Virus record (IMG/VR): IMGVR_UViG_3300030330_002721
Coordinates: 1 to 30,917 of that record
Strand: one strand, 5' to 3'
DNA: 30,917 nucleotides
From: a virus
Lineage: Duplodnaviria; Caudoviricetes
Each line of letters starts with the position of its first letter. Position 1 is the first letter of the stretch. The translations under genes and the position numbers were made by a program. The notes below the pieces were generated by a model. The model was not told the origin of the DNA. It searched no databases and was given only the letters and a program-made list of their open reading frames with translations. Positions 7,108 to 15,083 of the stretch are shown one piece after another.

Positions 7108-8418
7108 ATGGCAGATACATTTTATTATAGTAGAGATACGAAAGTTCATCTTACTGATAGCGCAGGAGCAGTCTATAGGATACCAGTATTAGATGGATTT
7201 AGTTTTTCTCAAGCAACAAATGTTTCAGAGGTAACTCTGAATGAAATGGCAACCTCAGCGGGTGTTAGTAGAAGAGCTAGACAAATGTTTACTGATTCAT
7301 ACGCTCCAGCAGAGTGGTCATTCTCAACTTATATCAGACCTTTTAAGTCTGGTGGTGCAGGCTCAGGTGGAGAACACGATGCAGTCGCACATCATATGGT
7401 AGAAGAAGCTTTATGGAATGCTTTAGCAGGAAGTGGAGCAGTAGGTGCATCTGGCACAGCTTTAACAGCTGATGGTACAGACGCAAACATAGCTTTTACT
7501 AACTCAAATAAAGTAGCGTTAGATACTTTTGACTTATTCTTTGAATTAGGAAGTGGAAAAGCAAGTCCAACAATTTACAAAATAGAAGGTTGTGTTGTAA
7601 ACGAACTTTCAATTGATTTTGATATTGATGGTATTGCAACTGCAAACTGGTCAGGAATGGGTAAGATTATAACTGAAGAATCTTCAATGAGTACAGCTAC
7701 TATCTTTGAAGGTACAGCAGCAGCGGATACCAACAACTTTATTAGAAACAGATTAACAGACTTGACTGTAACTAATGATGTATTTGAAACAACTGCAAAT
7801 GGAGCAGTAAGTAGTTCTGCTACTGTTACTTTAGCAGCAGGCAGTGATTTAATTAAAGTAGGACAAAATGTTTTTGCTGCAGGAACTGCAGTCGGAACTG
7901 TATCTGCAATTTCAGGTACAACTTTAACTTTAAGTGGAGCAGTAAGCATATCAAATGGAGCTGCTATAGTATTTTCAAATGCAGGAATGGTTAGTAGTTA
8001 TAGTTTAACACTAATTGGTGGAAATATTACTATTTCAAATAATATGACTTTCTTAACACCAGAAACACTAGGTAGTGTAAATCAGCCTTTAGGCCACGTC
8101 ACAGGAACTCGTTCAGTGACAGGTAACTTTAGTTGTTACTTAAATACTCCTTCATCAGGAGCATCTAGTACTGATTTATTTGAAGATATTATTGAATCCA
8201 CTGAAACAATAACAAATTCATTTGATTTAACATTTACTATTGGTGGAACAGGTAATACTCCAAGAGTAGTTGCAAACTTAAACAACTGCCATCTTGAAGT
8301 ACCAACACATTCAATTGATGATATTGTAAGTTTAGAAACAAGTTTCCATGCTTTACCAACATCAGTTGACGCTGTAGACGAAATAGACTTTATTTTTATC
8401 GGACCAACAGTAACATAA
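7108..8418 (+). CDS. Major tail tube protein (T5 pb6-like)
   Basis: IPVLDGFSFSQ, PAEWSFSTYIRP, DFDIDGIAT, FIRNRLT, NNMTFLTPETLG and TGTRSVTG motifs; strong SD. Confidence 0.9.
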   Translation: MADTFYYSRDTKVHLTDSAGAVYRIPVLDGFSFSQATNVSEVTLNEMATSAGVSRRARQMFTDSYAPAEWSFSTYIRPFKSGGAGSGGEHDAVAHHMVEEALWNALAGSGAVGASGTALTADGTDANIAFTNSNKVALDTFDLFFELGSGKASPTIYKIEGCVVNELSIDFDIDGIATANWSGMGKIITEESSMSTATIFEGTAAADTNNFIRNRLTDLTVTNDVFETTANGAVSSSATVTLAAGSDLIKVGQNVFAAGTAVGTVSAISGTTLTLSGAVSISNGAAIVFSNAGMVSSYSLTLIGGNITISNNMTFLTPETLGSVNQPLGHVTGTRSVTGNFSCYLNTPSSGASSTDLFEDIIESTETITNSFDLTFTIGGTGNTPRVVANLNNCHLEVPTHSIDDIVSLETSFHALPTSVDAVDEIDFIFIGPTVT

Positions 8419-8428
8419 ATAATTTAAC

Positions 8429-8452
8429 AGGGAGGGGAAGCCCTCCCTCTTT
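8429..8452 (+). terminator. Stem-loop after the tail tube gene
   Basis: Perfect 8-bp stem AGGGAGGG-GAAG-CCCTCCCT followed by a short CTTT tract. Confidence 0.7.
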
Positions 8453-8467
8453 CACAGGAAAAAAAAC

Positions 8468-8896
8468 ATGACAGAAGAAAAACAACCAGTATCATTAGCG
8501 AGTTTATTAACTCCAAGTAAAACGGTTACAGTTGACTATCCTACATTAACAGGATTCACTGTAGACCTTTGCTACTTAGCAAGAGAAGAACTAATTAAAC
8601 TTAGAAATCGTTGTGTTTCTCAAAAACTAAATCGTAAAACAAGAGCTTTTGAAGAAACTTTAGATGAAGAAAAGTTTTTAGTTGAATATGTAAAAGCTGT
8701 TATCAAGGGGTGGAGCGGTTTAAAATATTCGTACCTAGAAGAGCTTCTATTGGTGGATATTAGCAGTCTCAATCCTGAAGATGAACTACCTTTTAATCAA
8801 GAAAATGCCGAAATATTAATGAAAAATGCGGCAGACTTTGATACTTGGGTAACTGAAGTCACAGGAGATTTAGAAAATTTTACCAAGACCAAGTAG
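8468..8896 (+). CDS. Tail assembly chaperone (lambda G / T5 p139 equivalent)
   Basis: Lies between tube and tape-measure genes; VIKGWSGLK and FDTWVTE motifs; ends with a slippery site. Confidence 0.85.
   Translation: MTEEKQPVSLASLLTPSKTVTVDYPTLTGFTVDLCYLAREELIKLRNRCVSQKLNRKTRAFEETLDEEKFLVEYVKAVIKGWSGLKYSYLEELLLVDISSLNPEDELPFNQENAEILMKNAADFDTWVTEVTGDLENFTKTK
8875..8881 (+). other. -1 programmed ribosomal frameshift site A-AAT-TTT
   Basis: XXXYYYZ heptamer in the correct phase. The -1 frame is open from 8857 to 9312. SD-like AGGAG at 8863-8867. Confidence 0.8.
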
Positions 8897-9312
8897 AACA
8901 AATACTTGGTCTCTTAGAGAAACAATTTAAAGAAGGTCAGCTTACTATAGAGTCCTATCTAGAATTATGCGATCAAACTGGTAAAGAACCTGACCCAGAT
9001 GAAATGCCACCAACTTTAGGAGATTATCCTCCAGAAGTTCAGGTGGCTTTTTTATTGCACGACTATCTACCAGAAAGATGGGAAGGCATGAGTGGTTCAT
9101 ATCTTGGAAAAGATTATTCACCCTTAGAAATGCTACTAAAAGCATACAAAGTAGAAGATATAAAAACTTGTATTTATTTTATTAAATTAATAGATGGATA
9201 TAATGTAAGAAAAATAAATTTAGAACAAGATAAAAGAAGAAAAGCCGAAGAAAGAAAAGCAAAGGCAAAGACTGGTACAGCAAAAAAACCAGGAATAAAT
9301 GTACAAGGATAA
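8881..9312 (+). CDS. Frameshifted extension of the tail chaperone (GT-type product, about 281 aa in total)
   Basis: -1 frame reads YQDQVEQILGLLEKQFKEGQLTIESYLELCDQTGKEPDPDEMPPTLGDYPPEVQ..., so it extends upstream of the ORF-track start at 9004. Confidence 0.8.
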   Translation, partial: YQDQVEQILGLLEKQFKEGQLTIESYLELCDQTGKEPDPDEMPPTLGDYPPEVQVAFLLHDYLPERWEGMSGSYLGKDYSPLEMLLKAYKVEDIKTCIYFIKLIDGYNVRKINLEQDKRRKAEERKAKAKTGTAKKPGINVQG

Positions 9313-12300
9313 ATGGCAAAAATAAAGGGCGGAACTCTTACCTTTGAGGTTACTGATGACGGTAGCTTAAAATTATTAGAAGGCAAGACCAAAAAGACAA
9401 AAAAAGCAGTAGATGACTTATCACGTTCAGAGCAGACTTTAAATCGTAATTTTAAAGGAGCTTCACAACAATCATCAAATGCTAGTAAAAACTTTTCAAA
9501 GATGGCACAAGGCATCACAGGCGGTCTTGTACCTGCATATGCTACTCTTGCTGCTAACGTTTTTGCTATTACAGCGGCTTTTAGATTTTTATCAGATGCC
9601 GCTAACTTTAGAATATTAACTGAAGGTGCACGAGAGTACGCAACAATTACAGGTGAATCTCTCAGTCTTATAACATCTAGATTACAAGAAGCAACAGGAC
9701 AGCAGTTAGCTTTTTCAGAAGCAGCTCAATCTGTAGCTATAGCAAGAGCTGCTGGTGTTACTACTGACCAAATATCTAGATTAGGAGAACTAGCAAAAAA
9801 TGCTTCTATTGCACTTGGAAGAGATTTAACAGACTCTCTTAATCGTCTTATTCGTGGTGTTACAAAAGCGGAACCTGAACTACTTGACGAACTTGGTATT
9901 ATACTTCGTTTGGAAATAGCAACTGAGAAGTATGCAGAACAAATGGGTATTGCAGGAAGAAAGTTAAGTATATTTGAAAAATCACAAGCTGTTGTTAATG
10001 AAGTTCTTGCACAAGGGGAAGAAAAATTTGGCCAGTTTAATACTGAATTAAACGCATTTTCACAATTAGCAAAATCTTTTGACGACTTACTAAACAATAT
10101 AAAATTTAGTTTATCAGGAGTTGCAGAATTTATTGCAAAAACACTTTCAAAAAATGTAATTGCTTTGGCAGGAGCTTTCACACTATTAGGAACAGGTATA
10201 CTAAGAGCTGTAATGCCTACAACACCTCAATTTAGTCAAGCAGATGCAACTAAATCACTACAAGAAGATGTAGGAAAATTTTATAAAGGAAGTGAAGCAA
10301 GACTCAGAAGATTTCAAAGCGGAAGCTTTACAGGCTCAGATATTAAAGCCTTAGAAAAATCATTTAATACTCAAAAATCTACTGTAATGAACTTTGAAAA
10401 CTTTAGAAGAAGTGAAGCTAGAAAAACAATGATGATACTTAAAGGATTTCATTTACAAATAGAAGCAGATGGAAAAAATGCAATTACAAGAATGTTTGCA
10501 AAAATGAGAGCTGAAAGAATGTTCTTTGCAGCTGAGTATGGACAGTTTGTTGGAACAATGAAATTTTTAGGGTCAAAACTTGCTTCAGCAATTAGTCTTG
10601 TTGGTTATCTGGGTATACTTGTTTCAGCCATTGGATTACTTACTCAATTTATGGAAAGGTTTAAAGACCCTGCTCAAAAAGAATTTGAAGAAACAAACAA
10701 AAGAGTTGTTAAAAGTTTAGAAAAACAAAATACAGAACTACAAAGATTAAATGACAACCTAAAACAAACAAAAACTTTTTTAGCTGCTATAAATCAAGAA
10801 TCAATGTTTTTTAGTAATTTTTCTTTTAAAGGTGTTGCAGATCAATTTGGTAATCTTGATTTTTTAACTAAAAGAAGAGATTTTGTTGGTAAAAAATCAG
10901 GACAAAGTTTAAGCGAGAATATAGACTTATTTGGACCAGATATGGGGTTGCTAATGGCACAAAAAGAGGAACAAACTCCTACAGTTACAAGAAGTTTTAC
11001 AAAAGACCAAGTAAAGATTTTAGAAGGAGTTATAGATTCATTAGAAATTCAACAAGGAAGATTAACAGAAGGAAAACTATTTGATGATGTGGAAAGAAGA
11101 ATCAACGCTATAAAAGAGGCATTAAGTGCAGAAGATGTTGATGAAAATGTTCTACAAAAACTAAGAGAAGAACTCATAGAATTAGAAACAGTTGGTACTG
11201 ATGCTCAACAAGTAATTACAAAACTAGCAACAGCTCCTCAAAATTTAAACAATGCTGCAGAACAGTTCGGCAGAGCTTTAGCAAGTTTTAGACAAGGAGC
11301 AACTCCTCTTACTCAAATTACAGAAAGTATTGGATTAACAGGAGAAACTCTACTTGGATTAACAACTGGAAATATGACCGAATCTTTAGCACAGTTTAAG
11401 AATCTTGGAGGACAAGTTGACAAAGTAATAGATAGTAATACTCTTGGGTTCCTTCAAACAATTCTAGGAAAAGACGCACTATCTAAGTTTGTAACTCAAC
11501 GAGACGGTAAAGATATTGTTAAAGGAACTGGTACGGCAACAGGTGATTTAGATATTATTAGAGAGATAGGCGGACTAGTTGAAGCTGAAATGATAAGACT
11601 CAGAGACATAGAAATTGGATTTATGACTGATAAACTAAATTTACAATCTGAATTTATTGCAAAAACTGAAATGGTTGGACCGATTACTACAAAAAATATT
11701 AAACAACAAGAAAAACTAAAAATGCTTCAATTAGAAAAAGAACAAAAAGAAACAACAATTAGAGAATTAGAAGCAAAAGGATTAGAACAAAATGCTGTAT
11801 TTATAGAAAAAGCAAATGCAGAATTAAACTTAATTGATGCAAAAATTAACCAAGCAGCAAACGCACTAGATTTAGTAAAACAAGTAAATAACGTAGCAAT
11901 AGATTCAATGGAATCAAACTTATCAACAGCACTTCAAAGCATTATTACAGGAGCAAAAACAGCAAAAGAAGCCTTTGCAGACATGGCAAAATCAATACTT
12001 AATTCTATAGCACAAATACTTGCACAACAAGCAGCAATGGCGATTATGGGAGTTATGCCTTTTACAGGGGGAAGACATGGAGGAATAATGAAAAAATCTG
12101 GTCGTTCTTACTCCACAGGAGGTATAGCAAAGGGGCCTCAATCGGGATATCCTGCAATGCTACATGGTACAGAAGCAGTTGTTCCTCTTCCAAATGGAAG
12201 AAGTATTCCTGTAGAAATAGACGGAGGAATGAGAGGTACAAATAATATTAGTGTAAATGTAAATATGATGACAGGACAAGTAGATTCTGAAAGTGACAAT

Positions 12301-12396
12301 GCAGAAATGATAGGTATAGGTAAAGCAATAGCAGAAGCTGTTAAAAATGAAATTGAGGTACAACAAAGACCGGGCGGAACTTTAAGTTTTTATTAG
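9313..12396 (+). CDS. Tape measure protein
   Basis: 1027 aa, helical; T5-like N-terminal GLVPAYATLAANVFA and ELLDELGI; hydrophobic segments; C-terminal QQRPGGTL. Confidence 0.93.
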   Translation: MAKIKGGTLTFEVTDDGSLKLLEGKTKKTKKAVDDLSRSEQTLNRNFKGASQQSSNASKNFSKMAQGITGGLVPAYATLAANVFAITAAFRFLSDAANFRILTEGAREYATITGESLSLITSRLQEATGQQLAFSEAAQSVAIARAAGVTTDQISRLGELAKNASIALGRDLTDSLNRLIRGVTKAEPELLDELGIILRLEIATEKYAEQMGIAGRKLSIFEKSQAVVNEVLAQGEEKFGQFNTELNAFSQLAKSFDDLLNNIKFSLSGVAEFIAKTLSKNVIALAGAFTLLGTGILRAVMPTTPQFSQADATKSLQEDVGKFYKGSEARLRRFQSGSFTGSDIKALEKSFNTQKSTVMNFENFRRSEARKTMMILKGFHLQIEADGKNAITRMFAKMRAERMFFAAEYGQFVGTMKFLGSKLASAISLVGYLGILVSAIGLLTQFMERFKDPAQKEFEETNKRVVKSLEKQNTELQRLNDNLKQTKTFLAAINQESMFFSNFSFKGVADQFGNLDFLTKRRDFVGKKSGQSLSENIDLFGPDMGLLMAQKEEQTPTVTRSFTKDQVKILEGVIDSLEIQQGRLTEGKLFDDVERRINAIKEALSAEDVDENVLQKLREELIELETVGTDAQQVITKLATAPQNLNNAAEQFGRALASFRQGATPLTQITESIGLTGETLLGLTTGNMTESLAQFKNLGGQVDKVIDSNTLGFLQTILGKDALSKFVTQRDGKDIVKGTGTATGDLDIIREIGGLVEAEMIRLRDIEIGFMTDKLNLQSEFIAKTEMVGPITTKNIKQQEKLKMLQLEKEQKETTIRELEAKGLEQNAVFIEKANAELNLIDAKINQAANALDLVKQVNNVAIDSMESNLSTALQSIITGAKTAKEAFADMAKSILNSIAQILAQQAAMAIMGVMPFTGGRHGGIMKKSGRSYSTGGIAKGPQSGYPAMLHGTEAVVPLPNGRSIPVEIDGGMRGTNNISVNVNMMTGQVDSESDNAEMIGIGKAIAEAVKNEIEVQQRPGGTLSFY

Positions 12397-12405
12397 GAAT
12401 AAATT

Positions 12406-12801
12406 ATGGCGTTTGGAATAATGCAATCAGATGGAAGCAATATATCTGGATTTAGTGCACCTGTTCAACCAGATAAAGGACTTACTCGTCAAACTGGAAT
12501 GAAAGTATTAAAGAGTCAGTTTGGTGATGGCTATGAGTTAAGATTAGCGGACGGTATAAATACAAAAGAGCAAACATTAAGCGTTTCATTTACTACAAGA
12601 CCAAAAGCCGAAATAGATGATTTAGTAAAGTTCTTTGAAGACTTGGGGGGAGTAACTAAATTTAGATTTGATTTAGAAGATAGTAATGAAGGAAGTAGTG
12701 AAGAAAGTATTTTCTGTATTTGTGATACCTGGAATCAAACATGGGCATTTGATAATTTTTATAGTTTATCAGCAACTTTTAGAAGAGTTTATGAAGCATG
12801 A
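12406..12801 (+). CDS. Distal tail protein, lambda gpM-like
   Basis: QFGDGYELRLADGIN motif and C-terminal SLSATFRRVYE. Confidence 0.9.
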   Translation: MAFGIMQSDGSNISGFSAPVQPDKGLTRQTGMKVLKSQFGDGYELRLADGINTKEQTLSVSFTTRPKAEIDDLVKFFEDLGGVTKFRFDLEDSNEGSSEESIFCICDTWNQTWAFDNFYSLSATFRRVYEA

Positions 12802-14033
12802 CAATATTAACCGATTTACAAAAACAAAATCCTGGCTCGGGTTTAGTTGAACTATATGAAATAGAAAAAGCAAATGGAACATTTGTTTACTTAACTCCAG
12901 GACAAGATTCAGACGGTAGTAGTTTACAAATTTATGACTATGATAGTAACTCTACAACAAGAACTTACACGCCACATCCAATATCTTCAGATGGATTTGA
13001 AATAAAAGTCACAGGAGCAATCGCTAGGCCTGTTTTCAACGTATCAAACGTTGGCTCTACATTTACAACTTTAATCGGCACAACAAATATTGATTCATTA
13101 GTAGGAAAAAAGTTTATAAGAAGATTAACTTTAAAAAAATATTTAAAAGGAGAAAGTGCAGACCCAGGTTCAGGAAATACTCCAGTTGAATTTGTTCGTC
13201 AAGTTTGGACTATAGCTAGAGTACAAGCAGAAGATTCAATGACAATTAATTTTGAGTTAATAGCACCTTTTGATTTACAAGGAGTTTTAATACCTGCCAG
13301 ACAAGTTGTATCAAATGCTTGTCCTTGGGAATATACAGGAGCCAGCCCAGATTTAACAGAAAGTGCAAAATGTGGTGGCTGCACTTGGAGTAGAGAAGGA
13401 AAATTTACTAGAAATACAACTACAACAGGCGGAAGTAATCCTAATGGGGTTGAACATACCATATATGTTACAATAGATAATGAATATATAGTGCCCGTTA
13501 CTACATCATTTACAAACTATACTTCTGCAGCAAGCTCCACTAGTTTTGCATTAAATGCTGCTGTAAAAACAACTGGAAATAGTGTTACCAAGGTAAATGC
13601 CAATGGAACTTTTTCAGCAACTACAGTAGATATGTATTGGTTAGTAGCAGTAGCAGGAGCAAAAAGTACTTTAGGAACTCCAAGCGATACTAATACTAAT
13701 TTTAAAAGATTAAGAGTACATCAAGGCACACACTCAAATAGCACAACATACAATACATTTACTGATGATAGACTAAATGATATAGTATTACATACAGCAA
13801 ATAGTTTAACTTTTGCATGGAAAGCAAAACTTACTCATTCAGGAGAAACACCAGGATTTAATGAGTATTGGAAAAGAGCAGATGAATGCGGTAAAACACT
13901 TGAATCTTGTTCTAAAAGATTTGGTTTTGAACCAGCAGATATTAGCTCCGCAACAAGTTTACCTACTTCTAGTATTAATACTACTGTTGTTTTACCCTTT
14001 GGAGCATATCCTGGAGCAAAGAATTTCCAATGA
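12798..14033 (+). CDS. Tail tip protein, lambda gpL-like, with a large insertion
   Basis: LVELYEI, CPWEYTG, KCGGC, DECGKTLESCSKRFG and LPFGAYPG motifs. Confidence 0.9.
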   Translation: MTILTDLQKQNPGSGLVELYEIEKANGTFVYLTPGQDSDGSSLQIYDYDSNSTTRTYTPHPISSDGFEIKVTGAIARPVFNVSNVGSTFTTLIGTTNIDSLVGKKFIRRLTLKKYLKGESADPGSGNTPVEFVRQVWTIARVQAEDSMTINFELIAPFDLQGVLIPARQVVSNACPWEYTGASPDLTESAKCGGCTWSREGKFTRNTTTTGGSNPNGVEHTIYVTIDNEYIVPVTTSFTNYTSAASSTSFALNAAVKTTGNSVTKVNANGTFSATTVDMYWLVAVAGAKSTLGTPSDTNTNFKRLRVHQGTHSNSTTYNTFTDDRLNDIVLHTANSLTFAWKAKLTHSGETPGFNEYWKRADECGKTLESCSKRFGFEPADISSATSLPTSSINTTVVLPFGAYPGAKNFQ

Positions 14034-14350
14034 TGTTTTTACCTGAAATATTTGAAGCAGCTAAGAAAGCCGCACCCAGGGAAATGTGCGGACTCATAAT
14101 AGAGCAAAATGACACAAAAAAATGGATTTTGTGTGAAAATATTTCCACAGAAGAAAAATCATTTAAAATAGACGAGAAAGTTTTAAGTAAATATCAATTG
14201 ATTTCAAAAATATTATATGTAGTCCATAGTCACTATATGGAAGATTGTAAACCAAGTAACCATGATAAAAATATGGCAAAAGTTTTGGGTATACCATATT
14301 TAATTGTATCATACCCAGAGTTAGGAGCAGAAGTTTATGACCCACGTTAA
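14030..14350 (+). CDS. Lambda gpK-like JAB/MPN metalloprotease, JAB domain only
   Basis: PREMCGLI and an intact JAMM motif HSH-x7-S-x2-D (HSHYMEDCKPSNHD); 106 aa. Confidence 0.88.
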   Translation: MMFLPEIFEAAKKAAPREMCGLIIEQNDTKKWILCENISTEEKSFKIDEKVLSKYQLISKILYVVHSHYMEDCKPSNHDKNMAKVLGIPYLIVSYPELGAEVYDPR

Positions 14351-15083
14351 ATTAATGGGAGAAATAGGAGAAAAATTTGGCTCAGACTGGCATATGAATG
14401 CTAAGTCTTTTCGTGATATATTTAAACTTATAGAATGTCAAACAGAGGGATTTGGACAATACATTAGAGAAAAAGCAGAAGAAGGAGTTGACTTTACAAT
14501 ACAAAATGGAGAAGATTTAATAGATGATGGATTAGATTTACAGATTGCTCCACCTCAAAATACAATAATAATAACACCAGTTGCAGCAGGAGAAGGTAAA
14601 TTAGGTAATGCATTAAAAATAATTTTAGGTATTGTACTACTTATATACGGGCCTGGTTGGATATCTAAGTTTGATTGGGCAAAAACAGCAGAAGTAACAG
14701 AGGTAGCAGCAACAGCAGGAGAAACTGTAACAACAGTTGCATCTTCTTCAACAACATTGAGCACAGCAGGACAAGTAGCAACTTGGGGTATTCGTGCATT
14801 AGGAACAGGACTTGCCATGAGAGGGGTGACAGGATATTTAACTCCTGAAAGTCCCTCAAAAGCAGGAGACTCTTACTTATTTGATGGACCACAAAATAAT
14901 GTAAAAGAAGGAATAGCCGTACCACTACTATATGGTAGATTAATAATAGGCGGAAGCATAATGAATTTTGGATTTATAGAAGATAAAATTACACAACAAC
15001 AATCAGGATATACAAGAGTTATATCAGGACAAGCAGCACCTGCTAATTCAGATACAGAAAGCAGTACTACTGAGGACGGATAA
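14337..15083 (+). CDS. Tail assembly protein, lambda gpI-like
   Basis: VKLMGEIGEKFG...ITPVAAG ubiquitin-like N-domain, hydrophobic middle, and SYLFDGPQN...GIAVPLLYGRLIIG. Confidence 0.9.
   Translation: MTHVKLMGEIGEKFGSDWHMNAKSFRDIFKLIECQTEGFGQYIREKAEEGVDFTIQNGEDLIDDGLDLQIAPPQNTIIITPVAAGEGKLGNALKIILGIVLLIYGPGWISKFDWAKTAEVTEVAATAGETVTTVASSSTTLSTAGQVATWGIRALGTGLAMRGVTGYLTPESPSKAGDSYLFDGPQNNVKEGIAVPLLYGRLIIGGSIMNFGFIEDKITQQQSGYTRVISGQAAPANSDTESSTTEDG

Noticed and set aside
7159-7166. AGCGCAGG, resembling the T5 nick consensus as I recall it
   Set aside because: A single hit in 31 kb is compatible with chance, and this nickase's specificity is unknown.
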